Shown here one piece after another: positions 46,535-55,241 of a stretch of DNA of 64,000 bases. Source of the stretch: an uncultured Candidatus Peribacteria bacterium. Its GTDB lineage: Bacteria > Patescibacteriota > Gracilibacteria > RBG-16-42-10. Position numbers and translations under genes: made by a program. The stretch is taken from assembly GCA_964514565.1 (NCBI GenBank), contig CAZERA010000001.1:434001-498000 (forward strand), read 5' to 3'. Below the pieces are notes generated by a model that was not told the DNA's origin, made no database searches, and saw only the letters and a program-made list of their open reading frames with translations. Numbering within the stretch: the stretch's first letter is position 1; every line of letters begins with the position of its first letter.

Positions 46535-49342
46535 ATGATTGATAGAATAGAGACTTTGGAGTCTCTCAAGCCAACCTTATTTGCTGCTGAAAAACTAGAT
46601 TTGGCTGCTAAAATCAAAGGATTTCTTGATACTACTGCTGAAATTAATTTAGGAGATATTGGTACTTTGTATCCTAATCAGCTTACTGCAATTAATAAAC
46701 TGTATCAGTTTTTGGTTAAACCAGATGCAGATGATATTGGTTATATAGTGCAGCCAACTGGTTCCGGTAAGACATTAATAATGGCTTTGATTGTAAAGCT
46801 TTTTGATGTTGATACCCTGATGCTAGTACCTCGAATTAATTTATTAGAATATACAAAAAGGGAATTAATTAGTTTGGGCATTGCAGCTGAAGATATTGGT
46901 ATAGTTGGTGGCGGCTACAATGAAGTTGGTAGGAAGATTACTTTAAGCACTTATCAGAGTCATCTCAATCGGGTAAACGATGCTGCGTATCAGCAACATA
47001 ACCAAGAAAAGAAATTTATTGTTTGTGATGAGGCTCATACTGCCTTGGGTGATAAAACTAGGGCTTCAATTAGTCAGATTTTAACTGCTGACAATGATGT
47101 CGAGCTTGATGATATTGCTGATGAAGAAGAGCTGAGAGCGCAAGAAGCGGGATTGACTCAGGTGACTACTGATTACCATGGGAAGGCTTTTATTTTGGGA
47201 TTTACAGCTACCCCGCAACTCGCTGGCAAGCATGTAAAAGCTTATTTTAAAAATGAAATTGCGCGAGAGGGAATTGTGAACCTGATGAAAGGTGGAATAC
47301 TGGCAAAGCTACGAGTAGCGCAATTATCAGGCGATATTCAAAGAGGCGTAGAAATAAATGGCAAAAAGATTACACAGGATCAACAAGAAAAGATTCTTAC
47401 TCGAAATGATGCCTATAAAAAGCTTTTGGATGAGTATGAAAAAATATTTCAAGCAATGCTTGAAGAAGATCAAATACCAAGAGCTGTAGCACGGTGCTCA
47501 AATATCAAAGAAGCTGGTAAATTTGTCGATCTTTTGATAGCACGTGGTTTCAAAGCAGAGCTGTGTACTAGTAAAGATGAAGACGCCAAGACCTCCCAGC
47601 AACAAAGAAAGAAGTTGGAGGCTCTTGAGGAAGCAATGTTGGATGGTAAGTTGGATGTAATTGTTACTGTAGACAAACTGGCGATGGGCTGGAATTTCCC
47701 TTTGGCCAATATAGCTATTGATGCCACGGCTTCGGCCAGTGCTGCAAAGATTATTCAATTTGTAGGTAGAATCTTGAGAAGAGCGAAAAATAAGCAGTAT
47801 GCTACTTTGATTTGTATGTCATGGTTGGTTCAAAGAGCTAAGCAGCGAAATCCAAATGATGAAGGGGCTGCTCTCAATGAATCACCGTCTGATTCAGGAG
47901 CTGACGCTGATGAAGGAGAAGCTACTAGTAGAGGACAACTGTATGATTTTTTTCGTGCTTTACAAGATAGCGGTGAAGATCTGGATGAGATGCTGAGTGT
48001 TTTAGCTGATGCTTCTGGTAGGAAAGTGATTTATGATCGAGACAATAGAGATGATATGAAGGAGCTAGGGGCTCGCTATTTTTCTTCAGTAGAAAACATT
48101 GCTGCTGATTTAAAAAAATATGCTGATATCGGTGGTGTGAGCGTCACAGAGTGTTCTACCAGAACACCTGATGTCGCTCTTGCAGTAATATGCGCTAATG
48201 GCGAACCAGTGAAGTGGGCTACTTATTTAAAGTATGCATCAATAGCTTTTGGTCTAGAATCACTGGCAGCAACATTGCTAAAACTGAAAAAGCTCATTGG
48301 TCTGGTAGTGAAAGAGTATGAGATGGACGAGGTTTATTTTAAGTGTGCTGCTTGTGTAAAAAGTGATCTTCAAAAATTTGTTGATACAGCTGGAATACCA
48401 GTTGCTAAAGCAAATACTCGAACACCAGATGTGAGAGCCACTGTGGTATGTTCTAATGGAGACACTATAAAATGGGAAAATTACTTAAATATTGCTGCGC
48501 GAGTGTGGGGAGAAAGCTCACCCAAAGTTGCATTAGACCGGTTGAAGAGCATAGCACTGGAAGTTAAAGAGCCAGATAAATTAGATGCGAAGTATTTTGC
48601 ACAAAGTTCAAATGTCTTACATGACTTGAGTGCTTTTGCTAAAGGCTTTGGATTAACTACTGACACATTAACTACTACCTCAAATAATACTTTGTTAGTA
48701 ACATGTGCTAATGGTGAGGTGTTCAAATGGACTTCTTATTTGAGACAAGCTGCGAAGGCATTAGGTTTAGAATCATTGTTAGCTACATTGTTGCGATTAA
48801 AAAAAATGATTGGTTTGGAGGTGAAAGAAATTGAGATGGACGAGATGTACTTCAGATGTGCAGATTGTGTTCGGAACGATTTTCAGAGGTATGCCAAAGC
48901 TGCAGGTATACCGGTGGAGCAGATTAATACGAGGACTCCGGATGTGGCTATGTCAGTGATATGCTCAAATGGAGATACTGTCAGGTGGCAACGATACTTT
49001 AGTACTGCAAAAAAAACTTTACGTGTGGATTCAGATGTAGCTGCAATTGCTCAATTAAAGACTTTAATTGGACTTGAAGTGAAACAATACGATCCATTAG
49101 ACGCGAAATATTTCGCTCAAAAATCAAATGTCTTACATGATTTGAGTGCTTTTGCTAATACTGCAGATGTGACTATTGGCGAATGTACTACCAGAACTCC
49201 AGATAATAAAGTAAAGATCGTCTGTGCGAATGGTGAGCCCGTGAGCTGGGATAGATACCTCATGAAAGCTGGAAAGGCTTTGGGGATCAATGGCCAAGCG
49301 CAGACACTAGTGTATCTGAAAAGCTTCGTACTTGATGAATAG
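46535..49342 (+). CDS. SF2 DExH helicase (ResIII-like) with five C-terminal ~86-aa repeats
   Basis: QPTGSGKT, LVP, STYQS, DEAH, GFTATP, LAMGWNFP, QFVGRILR; repeats YF...DL...C(A/S)NG(E/D)...W..Y. Confidence 0.9.
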   Translation: MIDRIETLESLKPTLFAAEKLDLAAKIKGFLDTTAEINLGDIGTLYPNQLTAINKLYQFLVKPDADDIGYIVQPTGSGKTLIMALIVKLFDVDTLMLVPRINLLEYTKRELISLGIAAEDIGIVGGGYNEVGRKITLSTYQSHLNRVNDAAYQQHNQEKKFIVCDEAHTALGDKTRASISQILTADNDVELDDIADEEELRAQEAGLTQVTTDYHGKAFILGFTATPQLAGKHVKAYFKNEIAREGIVNLMKGGILAKLRVAQLSGDIQRGVEINGKKITQDQQEKILTRNDAYKKLLDEYEKIFQAMLEEDQIPRAVARCSNIKEAGKFVDLLIARGFKAELCTSKDEDAKTSQQQRKKLEALEEAMLDGKLDVIVTVDKLAMGWNFPLANIAIDATASASAAKIIQFVGRILRRAKNKQYATLICMSWLVQRAKQRNPNDEGAALNESPSDSGADADEGEATSRGQLYDFFRALQDSGEDLDEMLSVLADASGRKVIYDRDNRDDMKELGARYFSSVENIAADLKKYADIGGVSVTECSTRTPDVALAVICANGEPVKWATYLKYASIAFGLESLAATLLKLKKLIGLVVKEYEMDEVYFKCAACVKSDLQKFVDTAGIPVAKANTRTPDVRATVVCSNGDTIKWENYLNIAARVWGESSPKVALDRLKSIALEVKEPDKLDAKYFAQSSNVLHDLSAFAKGFGLTTDTLTTTSNNTLLVTCANGEVFKWTSYLRQAAKALGLESLLATLLRLKKMIGLEVKEIEMDEMYFRCADCVRNDFQRYAKAAGIPVEQINTRTPDVAMSVICSNGDTVRWQRYFSTAKKTLRVDSDVAAIAQLKTLIGLEVKQYDPLDAKYFAQKSNVLHDLSAFANTADVTIGECTTRTPDNKVKIVCANGEPVSWDRYLMKAGKALGINGQAQTLVYLKSFVLDE

Positions 49343-49397
49343 TAAGCTTAGTATGCGAGAATGATGGTCGATAAAAAACATGTACTTCACACTTTAA

Positions 49398-50345
49398 CTA
49401 CAGGATATCGCCGTTCATGATTCTCCAGTTTTCTTTATCTAAAAAAGTTGGTTGGTACAGCGATTGGTTGTGAATCTTTATAGTAAAATAGCAGTCGGCT
49501 ACTTGCTCTTTTCTACGCCAATATCTTTTTAGTACTTTTTGCCAGAAGGTGTTTTCTAGGACATAAAAGACTACTATTTTGCACTTGTGGTCCTTTGCGG
49601 TTTTCTCAATGGTGGCAAGAATTTCTGGCCATTGGCTTGTGTCGTCTCCGCTAATAATGTCACAGACATAACACTTTTTGTTGAGGAACTTGAGCACAAT
49701 ATAACCAATACACTTGGTATCAGATAAAGCTTTATAAACCACATATTGATTATTTGGTTTGTCATAGTAGCGCCAAGCCAAATATGCTTTTTCCTTATGA
49801 ATATGAAGGTAAGAGCTATTGGTATCTATCTCCATCTCGTCATTGATAATAGTAATAGGTATTAACCTAATATTTGATTGAGGAGCAAATAGACAATACT
49901 TATAATAGGTGACAAAGTTTCCTACTACTTGGTAGTGATAGTTTGACGCGAACTTGTCTACCACTACACCAGCCGTATTGGAAAAGCCGATACTGAGATC
50001 TCGAGTACCAGTAGTTTGAATAACTTTATATACTTGTTGAGATAGTGAACTGATCAGTCCCTTTCTTCTATGCTGTACCGCTGTAGCCATATCAGTACAA
50101 ATCATGGCTGGATAAGTATGTGAGCCGTTTTGAATTTGAATTGGCACATTAGAATATTGTGCTACCACTTGATCCTCTTCATCAAGGGCTACATACATCA
50201 CAGTAGCTTCTTTCAGGTACGGTGCAAAAAACTTCCACTGCACCAAAGCTTCCTTGCTAGGATTTTGAATATGGAAGGCCTGATCCAAGAGCCGAGTCAA
50301 ACCGGCAAGATGGTGTGGAGAGTAAGGAATGATTTTGTAGCTCAT
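49398..50345 (-). CDS. GNAT family N-acetyltransferase (two-domain)
   Basis: DMATAVQHRRKGLISSL acetyl-CoA motif, GFSN, YLAWRY, terminal GD; ATG at 50345 preferred. Confidence 0.8.
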   Translation of the reverse strand: MSYKIIPYSPHHLAGLTRLLDQAFHIQNPSKEALVQWKFFAPYLKEATVMYVALDEEDQVVAQYSNVPIQIQNGSHTYPAMICTDMATAVQHRRKGLISSLSQQVYKVIQTTGTRDLSIGFSNTAGVVVDKFASNYHYQVVGNFVTYYKYCLFAPQSNIRLIPITIINDEMEIDTNSSYLHIHKEKAYLAWRYYDKPNNQYVVYKALSDTKCIGYIVLKFLNKKCYVCDIISGDDTSQWPEILATIEKTAKDHKCKIVVFYVLENTFWQKVLKRYWRRKEQVADCYFTIKIHNQSLYQPTFLDKENWRIMNGDIL

Positions 50346-50346
50346 A

Positions 50347-51453
50347 CTATTTGTCGGTCTGTGTGATCTCTGGTGCCAAGTGAAGCTCTGCGTTTGGAGT
50401 TGCTGAAAAGTTGATACTGAAACCAGGTACAACACATTCACCAAACCCTGGTCGATCGTATTTGATCAATCGTTTGCTGGTGTAATGAGCGGGATCATTG
50501 TAGACATCAGCAATACTTTTTACTGATGTGCCAGGAATGCCTAAGATCATGAGCTGTTTTTCCAAGTCTGCTGTGGTCCACTGACTAAATACTTTATCTA
50601 TGAGTATTGTAAGCTCGTCAGCATGCATTAGTCTTAGCTGGTTGGTATGAAACTTTTCTTGGTCAAATGGAATACTTTGCGTCATGAAGTTTGCTAGTTT
50701 TAACCACATGTTATTGTTGCCGATAGCTAGAGCAATTGAGCTGTCTTTTGTTTTATAAACACCAAATGGGGCTACTTGATTGTCTTGATTGCCAGTACGT
50801 TCGGGATTTTTCTGACTGGTGGAATACTCAATCAAATTACTTTCTAACAAGTTCATAGCACAGCCGAGCATCGATACATCAATGTACTGCCCCTTGCCTG
50901 TTTTTTCTCGATAGTACAAAGCACTGGATATAGCAAAAGCTAGAGTCATCCCTGAAAAAGTATCGACGATTGGTGGGCCGATTTTGAGAGGTGCTTCGGC
51001 AAAACCATTGAGTGACATTAAGCCAGATTCTGCTTGGGCGATCATGTCGTAATACTTTCTGTCATTATCTTGGCCGAGACCTGAGAGGGATGCATAAATT
51101 AGAGCCGGATTGATCAGTCGGAGCGTGTCATAATCTACTTTTAATTTATGCTTACTCTTTGGTGTCATGTTCTCTACTACTACATCAGCATCTTGTACTA
51201 AGCGATAAAATCTTTGTAAATCGATCGGATCGGATAGCTTGAGGTTGATTGATTTTTTGTTGCGGTTGAGTACCTCAAAGTAACCACTCCAATTATTCAC
51301 CAAAGGCGGAAAATCTCTAGCGTCATCATAGTGTTCAAGACTCTCAATTTTGATTACTTCAGCTCCATAATCAGCAAACATTCGAGTAGCCAATGGCCCA
51401 CTGAGTACTTTGGTGAGGTCAAGGATACGTAGTTTTTTAAAGATTGTTTCCAT
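50347..51453 (-). CDS. Family III CoA-transferase (CaiB/BaiF)
   Basis: ILDLTKVLSGP, GAEVIKIE, NRNKKS, ADVVVEN, YDMIAQAESG, candidate catalytic Asp in PIVD, GQYIDVSM. Confidence 0.95.
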   Translation of the reverse strand: METIFKKLRILDLTKVLSGPLATRMFADYGAEVIKIESLEHYDDARDFPPLVNNWSGYFEVLNRNKKSINLKLSDPIDLQRFYRLVQDADVVVENMTPKSKHKLKVDYDTLRLINPALIYASLSGLGQDNDRKYYDMIAQAESGLMSLNGFAEAPLKIGPPIVDTFSGMTLAFAISSALYYREKTGKGQYIDVSMLGCAMNLLESNLIEYSTSQKNPERTGNQDNQVAPFGVYKTKDSSIALAIGNNNMWLKLANFMTQSIPFDQEKFHTNQLRLMHADELTILIDKVFSQWTTADLEKQLMILGIPGTSVKSIADVYNDPAHYTSKRLIKYDRPGFGECVVPGFSINFSATPNAELHLAPEITQTDK

Positions 51454-51478
51454 ACGGAATTAGTTGGATAGCAACAGT

Positions 51479-52366
51479 TTATAAAACTAACATAATCCCA
51501 ATGATAGTGGTAGCAAAAAGGAAGATTTTTTTGAAAATGTTCTTACGATCAACTTGTTCGCGGAAGATGTGTGGGTATTTCTTACCTAATACCAAGGCGT
51601 AGAATAAGACAAAGAACGGTAGAGAGGAACTAATAGCGGCTGAGATTGTGACAGGAATCAAAGTAATGACATATGTGGCAATTGCAGTACCTCCGAAGCT
51701 AAAGAGTTCTTGAAGGAAAAATAAAGGTGAATTGGTGAGAAAGGTGCTGAACTGAGCCCGGACATCGTGTCGTGTCTTTGGCGATATTAGAAATACTAAT
51801 CCAAACAATGCCGATAGGGCTGTAGTCCATACAAAACCGGTACTCCAGGTGACAGTAGCAAAGAGATATTTGTAGATGACTAATTCTAGCGCTAAGAGAA
51901 AGGAACATCCTGCCATGTAGAAAAAAGCACGATTGAGCTTGAGCTTTTGTTTATGGTTGAAGGTCAAAGCGGCACTACTGCTGATAATAATGAGAAAGCC
52001 AATCTGTTGGCTAATCTGCAATCTTTCACCTACCAAGAAGAAGGCCAAAACAGGCACAAATATTTTTCCTAATGAAAACAAGGCTGCAATGATGGAGGTG
52101 TCATCTTGCTCAAGGGCCTTGTAATATGGATACAGATAGGCGATCTCCAGGATACCGATCAGTACAAAATATGGCAGCAAATTGATCGGCGGCAAACTAG
52201 GGATTTGCACTAACAGAACTATCGGTAAAAAGAGGATATTGAATGCTGTACTATAAAAACTCAAAGTCCAGACATTTTTGAATATGCGATTGGTGAGATT
52301 GCTATCTAGAATATTGGCAATGGCGTAAAACATTGGAGAAAGCACTGCGAGGACGATCCACCCCAT
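51479..52366 (-). CDS. EamA/DMT family transporter
   Basis: About ten hydrophobic helices; YKAL...S.I, LAFFLVGE motifs. Confidence 0.85.
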   Translation of the reverse strand: MGWIVLAVLSPMFYAIANILDSNLTNRIFKNVWTLSFYSTAFNILFLPIVLLVQIPSLPPINLLPYFVLIGILEIAYLYPYYKALEQDDTSIIAALFSLGKIFVPVLAFFLVGERLQISQQIGFLIIISSSAALTFNHKQKLKLNRAFFYMAGCSFLLALELVIYKYLFATVTWSTGFVWTTALSALFGLVFLISPKTRHDVRAQFSTFLTNSPLFFLQELFSFGGTAIATYVITLIPVTISAAISSSLPFFVLFYALVLGKKYPHIFREQVDRKNIFKKIFLFATTIIGIMLVL

Positions 52367-52443
52367 ACATGGTTTTTACAGAAGTATCTGCATGCTAGAG
52401 AAAAGTAGGTAGTACTTAAAGATCAATAGTAAACTGATCTTTC

Positions 52444-53418
52444 CTACTTCAAAAGCTTGATATTGGTGACCAGCTTGCTGTGTTGGAAAAACTCTATTTC
52501 AAATTGATGATGATCATCTACTAGCATAAATTCACCTTCTAGTACTGAGAAATCTTGGTTTTCAACGGTAAATTTTACATATGCTTCACCACGACGCCTT
52601 CGATTGATATTCCTGTAAGGGATCACAATATTAGTAGGTGTGCCAGAGAGAGTAGCTAGCTGCCGGCTACTAATATCCTTGATAATTTTGTCAGCACCTG
52701 GCAGACGGCGGTCAAGCCGGATAAAGATAGCAGCTGCCAAACTAAGAGCTGTCAAAATACTAATGCTTTTTGCTGGGGCATGGACTAACTGTGCTAATCC
52801 ACTGAGTAAACTGGCTAGCATGTAAAATTCAAAAAACTGGACTACGAATATCCAGCCGAGCATTTGCCATAATGTTTTTACTTTTCTGTTTTGGATATTG
52901 GGGAGTTGCTGTACCTCTGATAAATTTGCTAAAGGGTCACGTCCGATAATAAATTGGGTGCTAGGTAATACATAGCGAACTCCGGGACGAGTGTCGTGAA
53001 TGTAGAGTGAATATAGCAATGTAATATTTCCTTGTCCCTCTACCCACCAGCTATAAAAATTCTTGAGAATAACTGGTGCAACAATGTCAGCTTGAAGATC
53101 TTTATTTAGTTTTTTAATTAAAGTCCAGGTCATCAACCAGACACCAAAGAGGCCAAAAGTAAGCATAAAAAATAGAGATCCAGTGACTTGGGTAGCCAAG
53201 GGAAATAACACATTCACAAGCATGAGCAAAACAAGAGCGCCAAAAGATATGCCAAGTAATTGAAGGTTCTTACGTTTCAGCTGATTAATTAAATCTGCTA
53301 AGAAAACCTTTTGCTGCGGGCTTAGCTTGAGTTGCTTATTGTAGGTCCGATCTTCATCACTAATATCTGGCGGTAAGACCGTGGGTAGCTTTATAAAAAA
53401 TGGTATTGCCATGGGCAT
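52444..53418 (-). CDS. Hypothetical membrane protein
   Basis: Two TM hairpins, each followed by a soluble segment starting KKLNKDL / KIIKDIS. Confidence 0.65.
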   Translation of the reverse strand: MPMAIPFFIKLPTVLPPDISDEDRTYNKQLKLSPQQKVFLADLINQLKRKNLQLLGISFGALVLLMLVNVLFPLATQVTGSLFFMLTFGLFGVWLMTWTLIKKLNKDLQADIVAPVILKNFYSWWVEGQGNITLLYSLYIHDTRPGVRYVLPSTQFIIGRDPLANLSEVQQLPNIQNRKVKTLWQMLGWIFVVQFFEFYMLASLLSGLAQLVHAPAKSISILTALSLAAAIFIRLDRRLPGADKIIKDISSRQLATLSGTPTNIVIPYRNINRRRRGEAYVKFTVENQDFSVLEGEFMLVDDHHQFEIEFFQHSKLVTNIKLLK

Positions 53419-53475
53419 GCTTAAATACGTATATCAAGACTTTAGGTGAGTTTGTGTACGGATGCAAAATCGCAT

Positions 53476-54390
53476 TCAGGTGGCGTTGGTGACAAACACA
53501 CAGTCATCAAGTGCGTTGTATTTGAAGTGATCATGCAGGTCTAGGCTCTCACCTGCGTCTACTCGTTTTTTCATTATTCGATGGAATTGATCTCGACTCA
53601 TATTTTGGAGGGGCCCGTCTGTAGTGAGTATCCATCGGTCATCCTCATCTACTGAGCACTCCAGATAACCACCCAGTAATTTATTGGGATCACTCACTGG
53701 TAGGCCCTGTGAGCTAGCGCTGAATTGTTCTGGATAATCGGAAAATGACATGCCAAGTGCGTAGCGGTGTCCATACTGCGGATGATAAATACCAAAGATG
53801 CCGTCGCCAATTATTGCTACATAGATACGGTTATTTATTTCTACTACAATATTGAGCGTGGCTCCAGCTACACTTTTGTTATTTTGAATATGATCTTTTA
53901 GCTTTGCTTTTTGTTTGAAGTTGGGGTGATCCAGTAAATCCTGATAGGGATAAAACCTTGCTTGAAAATATCTAGGTATTTTTTTTGCAGCCTCAATTAT
54001 AGTCGCAATAATCGCTTTTTGGCTTATTTTATGGTGACCAGCTAATCTTGTTAATTTAGTACCCACTTCGTTTACTAGCAAACGTGCATAAGTAATGGCG
54101 CAGGGAGTGCCTGATACACCATCAGCTTGTACTACAATCTTTACTTTAGTCCCTTCAGTATAGGTGGTTAGAAAATACACTGCGTCCTCACAGCTGACCA
54201 AGTTCTTTTCGGGACCGGCATAGATCCCACCGAGCAAACCATCACCCACTAGTTGCTGATGAAACTCTGATAGACCTGCGATAGGAAGTTTCTCCGGCAT
54301 ATTCACTACTGGTTGGCCTAAAATATGATGTAGCTTTGCTCTGCTCACCAGATCAATAGGAGCTACAGCCGCGGCTAATTTCTCATGCAC
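53476..54390 (-). CDS. PP2C/PPM-family phosphatase-like protein
   Basis: CEDA, ADGVSG, GATL, IGDG, TDG and DDCVFV motifs in PPM order. Confidence 0.75.
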   Translation of the reverse strand: MHEKLAAAVAPIDLVSRAKLHHILGQPVVNMPEKLPIAGLSEFHQQLVGDGLLGGIYAGPEKNLVSCEDAVYFLTTYTEGTKVKIVVQADGVSGTPCAITYARLLVNEVGTKLTRLAGHHKISQKAIIATIIEAAKKIPRYFQARFYPYQDLLDHPNFKQKAKLKDHIQNNKSVAGATLNIVVEINNRIYVAIIGDGIFGIYHPQYGHRYALGMSFSDYPEQFSASSQGLPVSDPNKLLGGYLECSVDEDDRWILTTDGPLQNMSRDQFHRIMKKRVDAGESLDLHDHFKYNALDDCVFVTNAT

Positions 54391-54524
54391 TGAAGAAAAG
54401 ACGTCTGCCAGATACTTTGCTTAAAGAGGCGATGATAGAACAATCGCTCTCTGATCACAAGTATATACATGGCGTTAGACACGTGAAGAAAAGTGCTATA
54501 GGTTTTGGTTAGTTAATAGCGATT

Positions 54525-55241
54525 ATGATCAACAAATCTAAAAAGTTAGCATCTCTTTTTGCAACAGTCTTATTTTGTGCTGGTTGCGGTCCAGTTTCTC
54601 CCGCTCCAACAACAGTTGATCGTCCAGTCCTGACTCAAGGGACTTATTTTGAGTTTAAGGTTGATACTCGAAAAGTCGATGCTGATTTGGTGAAGAGTGC
54701 TCCAATGATCGACACTATTCAAAACCTGGTTAGTCAGCGGCTTGAAAAGCAGGGCATTACTACAGCTCAGGTCAGTAAATCTTGGTTAGATCCTACTATT
54801 GTGACTGTTAAGCTAGGATCACCAAATACTCTTTCCCCAGCTCAAGCTCTAGAGCTAGTGAAACCGCTACAATTAAGTTTTAAGGAACATACAACTAATG
54901 ATGATACGATTTGGCAAGATACAGGTTTGACTGGGAAACAATTAGAAAGAGCATTTGTTAGTGCAACTTTTGGCAATTCACCAGGGGACTTTAATATTAC
55001 CTTAGAGTTTAATACTGAAGGGAAAGCTCTTTTCTCTGCAGTTACTAAACGTAATATCAACAAATCGATCGGCATATTTTTGGATGATGTTTTAGTATCA
55101 AATCCAATGGTTCAGGGCGAGATTACCCAAGGTGAAGCTGTAATTAACGGGGCAATGTCTCTCAAAGAAATGCAGCAACTAACAAATGGACTGAATTTAG
55201 GAGTACTAGATATTCCAATTACTTTACAGAAAGCGAGCTAG
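54525..55241 (+). CDS. Lipoprotein made of a SecD-like periplasmic domain
   Basis: Lipobox-like LFCAGC; TGLTGKQLERA...LEFNTEGKALF..VT..NI.K.IGIFLD...S.P.VQ..I..G.AVING...LNLG.L; no SecD TM domain. Confidence 0.75.
   Translation: MINKSKKLASLFATVLFCAGCGPVSPAPTTVDRPVLTQGTYFEFKVDTRKVDADLVKSAPMIDTIQNLVSQRLEKQGITTAQVSKSWLDPTIVTVKLGSPNTLSPAQALELVKPLQLSFKEHTTNDDTIWQDTGLTGKQLERAFVSATFGNSPGDFNITLEFNTEGKALFSAVTKRNINKSIGIFLDDVLVSNPMVQGEITQGEAVINGAMSLKEMQQLTNGLNLGVLDIPITLQKAS

Noticed and set aside
28781..50444. N-terminal extensions in the ORF track for rnc (28846), yceD (30098), mutS (35847), holB-like (35726) and GNAT (50444)
   Set aside because: They overlap neighbouring genes and precede the family-typical start; downstream ATGs were used
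45357..55241. Integrative element or prophage at tRNA-Ser
   Set aside because: No integrase, transposase or phage structural genes and no distal att copy seen; accessory character only
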